Source: Octopus bimaculoides
Taxonomy: Eukaryota
NCBI RefSeq assembly: GCF_001194135.2
Contig: NC_068983.1
Location: 67,251,249-67,315,248 of the forward strand
DNA: 64,000 nucleotides
Reading direction: 5' to 3'
Shown: in pieces, positions 24,746-36,920 of the stretch
Numbering within the stretch: the stretch's first letter is position 1
Layout of the letters: every line of letters begins with the position of its first letter
Program-made: the position numbers and the translations under genes
The notes under the pieces: model-generated
Database searches by the model: none
What the model was told of the DNA's origin: nothing
The model's input: the letters and a program-made list of their open reading frames with translations, nothing else

Positions 24746-27700
24746 TGTATGTTGATTGATTTCTTGGGATAGGAGAAATTTCTGAGGGAGGTTGTAAGAA
24801 AGGTGGTAAAATGTATGAACTAGAAATCAAGACATTGCTGTGGACCCAAACTTACTGAGCTCTTAATATCAGACTGCATAACTTGTCACATGCTAAATAT
24901 AAATAATAAATCTACTGACTAGTTTTCTATATATATTTCTTGTTATAAAATTGGCCATTTAATATCAATTCTTTCACTTTATTGATATCAGTACTTATTC
25001 AGCCCCTTACAGTTTCACTTTTGTGATAGAGATTAGATTAGTATAATAAATCTCAATATTTTCTGCTTGCTGTTTTCAGAGCAACAGCTTATATTTTAAC
25101 AATCACATTTTATTCTTTCCCTAAACTACAGAATTTGAAACAGACTCTCCAATAAAAGTTTACTTAATCAACTGGATGAGATCAAGCATCCATTGTCTTT
25201 CATGTCTTTATGAGAATAATGGTTTCATGCAGCTGGGGATTTGTTTTCTTTTCTATTCATCAATCTTACAGTCAATTCTGTATTTTATTCATAATCAGTT
25301 TGGTTGATTTGTGCTTTGGGATTATATCCCTGTTGTGTTTTAGCTGTATTGCTGGCTATTTTTTCTGTGCATTTGAAATTATATTTATAATGTACATATT
25401 CCTTAGGGCAATGCACTACCCATTGATCTTGAAGCATTATTAGTAGTAATTGTAGCAGTAGTATTAAATAATGTGTAGATCACTAATATATTAACTGTGA
25501 AACTTAATTAGAATAAGGAGCCAGAAACTTTTAAGGCTGCTTGCTTCTTTTGTTTTTAACTAGTAACATATTTTAGTAAAATTACTACAGTTTATGTCCC
25601 ATTCTACCGCTGAGACTTTAACACAAATATCCTGCTAGGAAACAATATTTGCAATACCAATTTTTACAGCAGTTACTATTGTTGTTGTAGTCTTCATCAT
25701 CAAATCATAATCCAATATCTAGAACTTCTTGAACTGAACTTCTTGTCAGGTCCACATTTCGTATATTGACATAATTTCTGTCATTGAATTCTCAAGGGAA
25801 GACTGTCAAAAACGATAGACAAAAATGTTTCAAATATATTAATGGAACAGTATTGGGAACATGTGCTTCAAAGAAACAAAAAATTACATTTTCTCTCAAT
25901 CAGTGGAGAATTTAGCTTATTTGAATATTGTATTGAAAGAAATAATGGTTTTACATTAAGCAAAAACAACAGTTAAATTTTGGCTTTAGTGACATATTTG
26001 TAGTTACCAACTATGTTCACCCTCTTGTATTTGTAAACAAAAAAACTACTTTATTATAAATGGGTCCAGCTTTGGTAACTGTCCATTTTAACTGCTTTGT
26101 TGTAATTCTAAGACTTAGTGCCCTATCAGTTTGTTGCATATGTTACTTCACATTATTTTCGTTTGAAATCAACTGACACTTTAAGTACACAGTTGCAAGT
26201 GACATAGGTTGCTGCAGAGAATGCGATGCTGTTATCTGTATAACACAATTATAAAGCAAAGAGTATGTTGGACTTAATGTTTATTGTAAAGCAAAGAAAA
26301 AGTTGATTCAAATACTGAGGCATTAGAAAGTTGTAGTATGCAAATGAACAAGTAGAGAACAAGAATAGAAATCCTGTTTTATGAGTACACATATTTCAGA
26401 ATTGTATAGGGTGACAAATAAATACATAACATATATTATTTTTGGTTTCTTGCATCTTTTTAGATTTGTGATCTCAAGATCATTCTCTAGACCCTTATGT
26501 TTTCTAAGAAAAGTGACTAAGCCTTGAAACTCTGGCAATTATCAGTTACATTTCTCACTATTTTTTTTTTTTTTTTTGTTAATCTTTATTCTGTATGCTG
26601 CAATGTCTACTCTTTAGTTTTATATATTAGCAGGGGCACTTGGCATTGTCTATGCTCTAAATAACTTTATCAATTGTTTCTGATAAATTCAAATGACTTG
26701 TAGCAAGTTTTCATGTGGTTGCTTTTGTATGTAATTATATTTGCATATATTTTCCCATTATAATACAAATATATATCTAAAGTTAAATCTTTTCTAGACT
26801 TCTATGATAAATGAAACTTTTGAGACTGTGTTTGTTGATGATTTTAATTTTGTGAATTAAGGAAACACTATCTGTATATCTTTCTTTATAAATTTTCTTG
26901 TAGTACTAAACCGCTATGCAACACATAAAACAATACATAGAATGGAAATATGTTTCATTGAGCTAAAGTACTGGAGAAAACATTTCTTGCTTGGTGATTT
27001 GTGTTTGATGAAAAGATATCTGCTTGCCCCATGTCATGAGTGTGTAACAGAGTTGATAAGGAAAGAAATATGGTCTTGTCAGTTCAGCTCCATCAACCCT
27101 AGGGGACTGTCCATGAGACATGCTCATGATCAGAGAAAAAGACTGTGTCATTAGAAGCTAATTGACATTAACTGAAATGGCATATCTGATGGGCTGATGA
27201 GAATATATATATACAATGAAAACTTTTCCTTTACATTATCAGTGATAATGTTGGCTTAATTGCATGGGACACAAAATTTTGACAGCAAGTCTTAGACTAT
27301 CACAGAGTTTTGGTGCACCCTAAATTTCTTAGCAACATAAAAATGTGCTCCCTCTTTCAGTCTTATATTAGGTTGGGAGACATGAGTGGGCTCAAGAGAG
27401 TTGGGAAACTGTTGGATACTTAACAGAATCAAGAATATTGAGTACACTGTCAAATAACCTGTACCATCTGAAATTGTCTGATGCCTCTTGAATGATCATA
27501 GTTTTAATATCTTGCACAATATCATTCTTTGGAGCCAGAATTTTCTCTTGTAAGCTTCATAGTAATTTGCACAGAAATATTTAGCAAATATTTTGAGATC
27601 CTAGAATAAGGTTGGACCATAAACACTATGAAAAACGTTGCCTGAAATAAAAGCATTCAAAAATGCTAGGAATGCATAATAAATATATGAACTAACACTT

Positions 27701-28225
27701 CACTGGATTTGATGAGTGTGACCAGGGATTGTTGAACCCTGTTTTCTTAGCAAATGTTTTTTTCTTTTCCTCTTCTTGCTTGGTATAATATCTGGGTACT
27801 TTGTGATTGAGAAGATTTCTTGTAAAAGCACAATTTCATTCTAGCAGAATTTCTTTTGTGAAGTAAACTCTTTTCTCATTCACTGAATTAACCTCCAGAT
27901 ACATAACACTGAAGTGATGCTCATGAATAGGAAATTTCATAACACCCCACACAGCAGCATTACCACTTTCTGAAATGCAAATACATCGTTACATCAGCTT
28001 CCCTTGCACTACAGCTCAAATACTTCCTGATCACAACTTTTGTTGATGTAATTTTAGACAACATTGATGTGTACTTGAAAGAGCATAAAAGGAGAGGATT
28101 AGAGAGCACTACCTACTCATTGTTAATGATACTTTCTTGTTGGGTGTCACACTTTGAGAATAGTGGTGTAATCCTCCATCATCCAGATTTCTTCTCTTGT
28201 ACAAAGGACATCCATTCTCATATAC

Positions 28226-28461
28226 TCTTTATTCTTACTCTTTTACGCATTTCAGTCATTTGACTGTGGACATGCTACAGTATCACCTTTAGTCAAAGAA
28301 ACTGACCTCAGGACTTATTCTTTCTAAGCCTAGATTTTATTCTATCAGTCTCTTTTGCCAAACTGCTAAGTTTTGGGGACATAAACACACCTACATCAGT
28401 TGTCAAGCGATGGTGGCGGACAAACACAGACACAAAGACACACACACATAAATATATATAC

Positions 28462-28538
<77 letters not shown>

Positions 28539-28695
28539 ACAGGCTTCTTTCAGTTTCCATCTACCAAATCCACTCACAAGGCTTTGATCAGCCCAAGGCT
28601 ATAGTGGAAGACACTTGCCGAAAGTGCCACACAGTGGGACTGAACCCAGAACCATGTTGTTGAGAAGCAAGCTTCTTACTACATAGCCACACCTG
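28226..28695 (-). mobile_element. SINE family A with expanded internal (TA)n (about 28474-28534)
   Basis: Reverse complement colinear with 1920-2320. Confidence 0.87.
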
Positions 28696-29149
28696 AGGTT
28701 TTTGAAGAAGTGATATAGGATACCTTGTTGTACATCTCTTCTTTCGTGCAAAGACACTAAGTACTGAGCTGGCAATGGAGACTATGAAGCATGTATTTCA
28801 CCACCAATACTTTGAGCAATATTTGGATGTTGCTAGATCCTACTAATGATGTAATTAACTACACAACGCTTATCTTCTAACCAGTACAAAGTGTGGATGT
28901 ATGAAAATCCATGCTTGTGCCATTGAATGGAATTTGTATCACCTGCTGTCTTTTAAGGGAGCACCTTTTACAAAAGTTAGTGGAATCACAGGTAGACTAA
29001 AGAGAATGTAAAATGCACTAGAATATTGCATAGTATGAGCACATTGATTTTCATAGATTTTCATAAAGGCCCAGATGGCTCACTAGAAGTAGTTATTAGG
29101 TATTGATACCATCAAGATGTAATTAAATATAGAAGTGTTACTTTAAAAG

Positions 29150-29830
29150 TATATTAGCCAGAGTAAGAATGGGTTCAAGAAAGTTCATGGAACTGCTATT
29201 GCTAGTGGCAATAAAGGTCTTTTTCAGAATGAAGAACAAATTGTATGACACTTGCATTCAAATTGCAGTGCTGTGTAGTAATGGGTCGTTGAGAGAAAAA
29301 AAAATGGGCATTAAAGGAAGAAGAGGAGTATGCAAGAAAGAAGGCTACACTGGTATAGGCATGAGCACAGCTGTATAAAGTGCCAGTTGCTTAATGTGGA
29401 TGTATCTTGAGGAAGACTGAGACTCAGGACCATGACTCTTACAGATGATAAAAGACTGGAATGTGGTTCTTTAAAAGACCAGCTCAACTTAATGAAACAC
29501 TTTCTGGAAGCACTGTGTGTGTATACATATGCAAAACCAAACTCTTCATCCAATTTTCTCTTCAAGACAACCCCATGACCCATCATCTCTCTAACTGCAG
29601 CTTTTCCTTGATATCCATCTTTCATCTTTAATACTGTCCTGTACACCTATGTTTTACATTCATCACCATCCCCTGAGACACGAGATTATCTCTCCTTCTC
29701 CACCTCTACACTCTTACAACTACCAACCACACACATCATATCTCTCTCCTTCTTTTTCCTCCTTCCTCTATTTATTACATCATCAGTGATTTTCTACTGC
29801 TCTCCACCCCCATGTACCATTGGTCACCTT
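29150..29830 (+). mobile_element. decayed RTE fragment followed by CT-rich UTR-like sequence
   Basis: RKFMELL...LYDTCIQIAVL...LREK resembles the RTE C-terminus at 6620-6900. Confidence 0.5.
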
Positions 29831-31844
29831 TTGCCCCTTTTTAGATGCTTAAGGCTGGTTCTCATGAACCAGTATTCACAGCCAGTTATGTCATTTCCTA
29901 TCATACTATAAAAATAAGAGCCTGTAAGAAGTATTTTATACAGCAACTGTTCAGTGGAGCATTCTACGTATTGCTAAATGTTTTCTTTGATAATCTGTAA
30001 AGGTTAACCCAACACTTTTAGTCTGACATTTGAAAATTTTAATTATTAAAAGTCAGTTTTGTAATATACTGTAGAAAATAACTTTAAACTTAACTTAGAA
30101 TGCAAAAACAATACACCTTTATTCTTTTTTGAAGTATTGTTTCCTTTACTCATAATGTAATTATAAAGTGTGGTACTGTGAAATATGAAAAGTTAATTTT
30201 TCTCTTAGTGTTTTTTCTTGCATAATCAAAATAAAACTGGAATTAGAATTTATGGACTCTTCTATTTAAGTAGTATAATTTCATGAGGAAATAGATATAT
30301 GAAAATATGCATATAGAAATCATCTAAAACAGTGAAAACAAGTCAATTGATCATAGCAAACTGAGTTTAGTTTCAATTAGTAAGTTTAGTTATATGTGAT
30401 TTCAGGTGAATAAAATTTCACTTTATCAGTTCAGTCCTATAGTTTCAAATATATAAATACATTTAGAAATATTCATGAATTAAGAAAATGGAAGGAGTAG
30501 AGGCATCCTTTCCTGTACACTATTGGCCCCCTTAAGCTGTGGATTTTCACTGAATGATCTATTCATACTGAAGTAGACTAGTTAAAGATTTAACCTTGTA
30601 TATTTTTCATACTTTATTCAATTTTCTTTATAAAACTGTGCTATTTGAATCAGATTATCCATAACTTCTGACGATAAAGGAACTATATTCTATTATGATC
30701 TAAAATCAAATACATTTGAAAAATGTAAGCACTATGCATACCCTGAAGTAGTTCAAGTAATATTTATTCCTGCATTAAAAATATTGATGTTGTATTTGTA
30801 ATCAAATTTAAAGAAAACAACTTGGTAACTATAAATATGCATATATTTGGTGTATATGTTTAAATGTGCATTAAAGTGTGAAGAGGCAAAATTTCCATTT
30901 TTATGAGTATAGGATATACTTTTTAACAAAAACAAGCTTCCCTTTTACTCATACAAATATGCAATTATAGTATGTATGGGAAAAAAATAAATATATTTTA
31001 TTGGTAACAGTATACACCTGGTTACATATATATATAACACTTGAAAACTGACGTCAGGTATACATATTTCAGATGACTGGGAAATGTTTTTTTAACCTAG
31101 CATTAATTTGGATTAATTTCTTTAAAATACATCTAAAATTATGATGTAATATATCTAGACTATTCTGAGGGAAAGCAGACTTAATTTGTTGATATTAAAA
31201 ACATAGCAATTTATTCATACTATAATTTATTTATCTAAATGAAACAAATATAAATTTCTTATACAATTACAGCACTTTAAATTTATAAAGGTGTGACTTT
31301 GCTTCCCTTCCTCTGAAACATTATTGTTGAGACTGTATGTATCAAACATTGAGTCTACAAGGAAATGCTGAGATAGTAAAATATGTGAGATAAATTATGA
31401 TTGACTGTTCGTCACATAATACAAAAATCTAAGCAAAGGGCAATCTGATTCAGATAATAAATTTCACTAAGTACTTTTTCTCTCTCTTTTTATCTTACAG
31501 TGAAACTATTCTTCCATACATCAGAACTATTCTAAGCTCATATCACAAATCTTTATAAAAGTTCATATCAGCTTTATGTATTTGCTTTTATAATCATTTT
31601 ATTGGCATTATATCAGTTCCTTGTTTTAGATTTTCAACTCTTCAGAGATTTTGTCTACTATTTGCTTGATCAGTTGTTTGAAGTATTTCACCTCATTATA
31701 TCACATGTGTGAGAGTCAACTATATTTTCTATTCAGAATGCAGAATGCTCCTAAGATATTTTCCCTCAGCCATACTGTTGATATTTATATTTATCTGTCT
31801 GTCTGTCTGTTTCTATACACCTACGTATAGACACAGGCACATGC

Positions 31845-31985
31845 ATGTCTGTGTAGTTAAGAAGTTCACTTCCCAACCTCACAGTTTAGGATTTAGCCCC
31901 TCTCAGGACAAGTATCTTGTGTTATAGTCACAAAGTGACCAAATCCCAGTTAGTGTATTTGGTAGATAAAAATTGAAAGATGCCA
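31845..31985 (+). mobile_element. SINE family A, 5' head only
   Basis: Similar to 1925-2075. Confidence 0.65.
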
Positions 31986-32679
31986 TTCATATGTATTTAT
32001 ATATGTATGTACATATATATGTATAGTATGTGTGGATGTAAGTGCCTGTGTGTCAGTGTGTGTTTGTTTACATTTGCTCTTTTCCAAAAATTGCCAAGCT
32101 ACAATTAGCCATTTCATTGACATTTCCTCTGCCAGCAAATCATCTGCTGGCTTCTCACCTTCAAAATCAAGTGGAATAAGAGATCCCTTGCTAGAAAAAC
32201 AGGTGAAAGTTAGCAACAGAAAGGGTATCCGCCCATAAAGCAATACCAGAATATATATTCATGTCATCCATGCTGGCATGGAAAAATGAATTTGGAAATG
32301 AAGCAAATAGTAATCACTCTTAGTTTAGTCAACTTAACAGAGTATGCATTGATGAGTAGGTCCAATAAAACCGAAACATATCCATTGCTTTTATCAGTAA
32401 ACTTATTATTAATTCTATTCAGTATTGATGGGTCCAGAAATTTTGATCTGCTAATCTTAAAGGAATTTTGCCTACTGATTGCTTTGATAATCACCGCTGA
32501 GCAAGGTTGTTCAACTTAATCTATTACATGTGTAAGACACAACTGTACGTATTTAGTATGCAGGCTCCCTGAGATAATTTCCTTCAGTCATTGTTATGAC
32601 TAACATTCATTCAAACAACATATACATTCAAATTTCCTATTACAATCGGATATTAAATAAAATGCTGAGTTATGTTATA

Positions 32680-32805
32680 TCATCATCATTTAATATCCAT
32701 TTTCCATTGTTGGAATGGGTTGGAGGCTTGACAGGAGATGACAAACCAGAGCTCTAAGTCTACTTTGGTGTGGTTTCTACAGTTGGATGCTCTTCCTACT
32801 GCCAA
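32680..32805 (-). mobile_element. short RTE 3'-tail fragment
   Basis: catcatcatttaatatccatt...gggttggagg...ggatgctcttcct. Confidence 0.65.
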
Positions 32806-33779
32806 CTTTCAATTAAGCTCATGGAAACAAAACTGAATTTTCACACTAATACACTAGAATTTCTGAAAGTATGTGAAAGTTTCAAAAATTTGATAGTGTA
32901 AAAATGTATTTCATTAAAATTTGAATATTATAAGTAAGAAATTTATGAAAATGAGATTAGAGCTTCAAGTAGTGGATAAAATAAACCCGTACAGAAATTT
33001 GTTTTCTTCATTTAAGATTTGCTTAGCCAAACTTCAGCTTTTTGTTGTTTATTAAGATAATTAACATTTTAGAAACTAGTTACTCTTTTAACATGTGATA
33101 GATTATTAAAGACATGAATGAACTATCTTCATTAAATCAATTTCTTTTGCTCTCACTCTCCATATGTGTGTATGTTTATATTTTCAATTAAACAATGTCT
33201 CAAATATGCACTACAGTACAATTCAAGTTTAGTGGTTCCTCTTTATTGTTAAAAATATATTCAAAATTATTAATGGCAGCCAATGCTGTCATAGTGCATA
33301 TATTTAAGCTTTGCTACATTGCACCAGTAGTAGCAGTTCATGCAGCATCCATAAATCATATTGCAACAACATATGTATTATTGAGAAACTGTTTCATTGA
33401 TATAAATATTTGTGAATCTGTGCAATAAATGCCCTGCTAGATATCTGCTACCATAGTTATTGTTTACAAGTAGTATTCATATGCGGCAATTGTGGTCAAT
33501 TTGCATTTAAGCAATCATTGCAGTAGCTATATCATCATTTTTATGCAAGCATTGTTCTGTAGTACCCACATTAGATTTGCTATTTTCAAATCATGTTAGC
33601 AATGTGCAGCTTCTAAGCAAGCATCACTGTACACCTGATTCCAAAGCTTTATTGTGAACTATCTATATATTAAATTCAATGTTACATCTATATGCTATAC
33701 ATTATCTTCTGTTTTCAGTGGTTAAGCCAGCATCCCTAATTTGAATGCTTATATCTAACAATTTCATATTTTCTTGCAG

Positions 33780-33938
33780 ACAATATTGGTTGGAGTGGAT
33801 GAAAAGTCAACAGTTCAAGATCTCCTGGAATTTGTATGCTCAAAACGAGGTCTTAGTACAGCTGATCATTTTGTGCGGTTACAAGTATCTCAGGGCAATT
33901 ACAGCATCCCACATAGATGTGAACTAATAAAAAAGCTG
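33780..33938 (+). CDS. sif: sif/TIAM exon: Ras-binding (RBD, ubiquitin-like) domain, [25 protein letters not shown]...IKKL
   Basis: ttcttgcag acceptor, 159 nt open, ctg|gtaagt donor, phase 0-0; TIAM-type RBD pattern (T..D.L...C..R.L....HF.R). Confidence 0.9.
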
Positions 33939-34164
33939 GTAAGTTTTAAAGATAATGATAATCCTTTCAACTATAGGCACAAGACATGAGATTTTGGGGG
34001 AGGGGTACAATAGCTGACATCGACTCTAGTGTTCAACTGATACTTATTTTATCAAACTTGAAAGGATGTAAGGTGAAGTTGACCTTGGCAGAATTTGAAC
34101 TCAGAAGACATGCTACTAAACATTTTGCCCAATGTGCTAACTATCCTGCCACCTCACCACCTTC

Positions 34165-34202
<38 letters not shown>

Positions 34203-34964
34203 TCTTCATTGGCCACAAAGGCTATAAAAACATTTAGGGCAATACAAAGACATTTAATTTTGACATTTAAGAACAGCAACAGAAGGAAAAAGAATTATGC
34301 TTTCTCTTATTTCTACCGACTGAAGTAGTTAAGATCCTTAGATTACTCATGCCGTATTTTTAGCAATAACATCTGTTTATTCTCTTTCCATTTTCCTTTG
34401 ACTGCAATCAGATCATATTCTACTAGAATCTGTCGAAGTCAATACATCAGTGGTGGGGAGTCAATCACCTTAACCATGGAATCCATACAAAGCATCTACT
34501 TTTTGATGTTTTCTAACATATGAAGATTCCTAATTAGAAACATTTGTGTTCTAGTTACACTAACATCACGGACATTGTATGATAATTTTATAATGAACAG
34601 TATATCTGTTAGGTTATTTCGATAACACATATAAAATGTCTTAGAAGTCAAATTGACTGACTTACACATCAGAATATCCAGGTGTGTATTTTCAGTTACC
34701 AATAGCAAGTTATCTTCACTTCATATACACTTTTCTTTTCTTCCTTTCCTAACGGCAACTGAAAATGATACCCATATTCTATTCTCATCCTTTATTTTGA
34801 TTCTCACTATGGCTATTGGTTGTGTGGTAAAGAAATTTGTTTCACACCCACATGTTTTTGTGTGCAGTCTTAGTGTGATGCCCTAGGCAAGTGTTTTCTT
34901 TTCTGGCTCTGGACCAGCCAAACCCTTGTGAGGGAATCTGGTAGATTGAAGCTGGGAGAAGTTC

Positions 34965-35004
<40 letters not shown>

Positions 35005-36782
35005 CATATATATACATGTTTTGTATCTGGACAACTGCCTGACAAGTGCCTGGCAGACAATTGCTTGACAGACAAATGCAATATTTTTTGTTAAATCTTG
35101 ATATTTTTCCCTTTTTGGATGAAGGCTGATGTCCTACCAGCATTTGGTTGATGATCATGTCATTAAGTACTTGTTCAATCTTCAATACCTGAAGAAAACG
35201 CCAGATATTTAGATAACTTGACATTATATTCACCTGTAAATGGTTATGCCATCCCGTCAAGGAATTAATTATTCGTGGTAAATCATTTCATATGCAGTCA
35301 TACATGTTCCACATAGAAATTGGAAAGAGTGGGTTGCCTCTGTTACACTGTCGTATTCTACCGATATAAGAATCTTCAAGGTAATGAATGATTGAATTTG
35401 CTTCATGGCACAAATTTTCTTGTAATTGCTCATATGCTGTTACAACATTGTCTGCTGGCACAAAAGCCAAGGCCTTTCAATGCTTGGTGGTTCTTTACTT
35501 CAGCAAACTGAGAAAAAATACAGCTTTTAAGTACAGAAAGATTCACCCAAATGACAGATAAAGATAATGTAAAAGTGTCTGCTGGGGAGATATCTATCAG
35601 ACAATTGTCCGTCAGGCTATTGGTCACCGAGCAGTTGACCTAGAACCATATATTACAAAAGATTAAGTAAACAAAGATAGAAATTTTCATTAGGTTTCTA
35701 TTCATATCTACTATGGAATTATCCCTCCAAGAAAATAATAAATATAGAAGATTATTATTATTAGTTAATTTAAACAGTAAATTTTTTTATAACAACTAAT
35801 TTGAATAGATAAGAGTTGTTGTATTGAAAATGTAATTTTTTATATATTTTTTCTTGTATATCAGGAAAATATATATATATAAGTCGAAACAATTTGTTGG
35901 CCTTTTATGGCTTTTATAATTATTCATATAATATTTTGTTGTCATATATTATATTCATAGTATTTAATGTAAAATTGTAATATAAATAAATTATTGGATT
36001 GGCAATAGAATATCTCTATATTTAATTTATCTTTGTATATCATCATCGTCATTTAACGTCCGCTTTCTATGCTGGCATGGGTTGGACGGTTTGACTGAGG
36101 GCTGGCAAGCCAGAAGGCTGTACCAGGCTCCAATCCAATCCAATCCGGCAAAGTTTCTACAGCTGGATGCCCTTCCTAATGCCAACCACTCCGAGAGTGT
36201 AGTGGGTACTTTTTACATGTCACTGGCACAAGTGCCAGTCAGGCAGTACTTGCATCGACCATGCTTGAAAGGTACTTAATACATACCACCAGCACAGGAG
36301 CCAGTCAACTGGCACTAGTACTGGCTTCGACTATGCTCGAATGTGCCACTGGCATGGGTGCTAATCAGGCGGTACTGTCATCGGCCAAAACAATAGTTTC
36401 ACTTGTCTCAACAGGTCTTTGCAAATGCAGTTTATTGCCCAATGATTGAAGGGTACTCTTAAATGGGCGGGTTATGCTGCACTGGCATAGGCCATGGTTA
36501 CGGACTCACTTGGCTCTTCTCAAGCACAGCATATCTCCAAAGGTCTCAGTCATTGCCTCAGTGAGGCCCAATGTTCAACGGTCGTGCTTCACCACCTCAT
36601 CCTAGGTCTTCCTGGGTCTGCCTCTTCCACAGGTTTCCTCTACTGCTAGGGTATGAAACTTTTTCCCACAGCAGTCCTCATCCATACGCAACACATGACC
36701 ATACCAGCGCAGTTGTCTCTCTTCTTGCACACCACATTTGATGCTTCTTCAGTGCAACTTTTCTCTCAGGGCACTTACATAA

Positions 36783-36828
<46 letters not shown>

Positions 36829-36887
36829 ATGTGTGTGGGTATATATATGTGTGTGTATACATATATATATATATATATATGTATGTG

Positions 36888-36920
<33 letters not shown>

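Noticed and set aside
26940-28200. Possible decayed CR1-like or Penelope-like fragments
   Set aside because: Only faint motif resemblance; cannot be supported without an HMM search.
31480-31560. Strong acceptor tttttatcttacag
   Set aside because: All three frames close within about 60 nt and there is no nearby donor.
32032-32285. Ser-rich ORF as a possible sif exon
   Set aside because: No splice sites; its end overlaps an RTE-tail repeat.
33701-33779. Alternative upstream acceptor (ttttcag at 33718) for the RBD exon
   Set aside because: Adds 61 nt, shifting frame, and has an early stop when read in phase 0.
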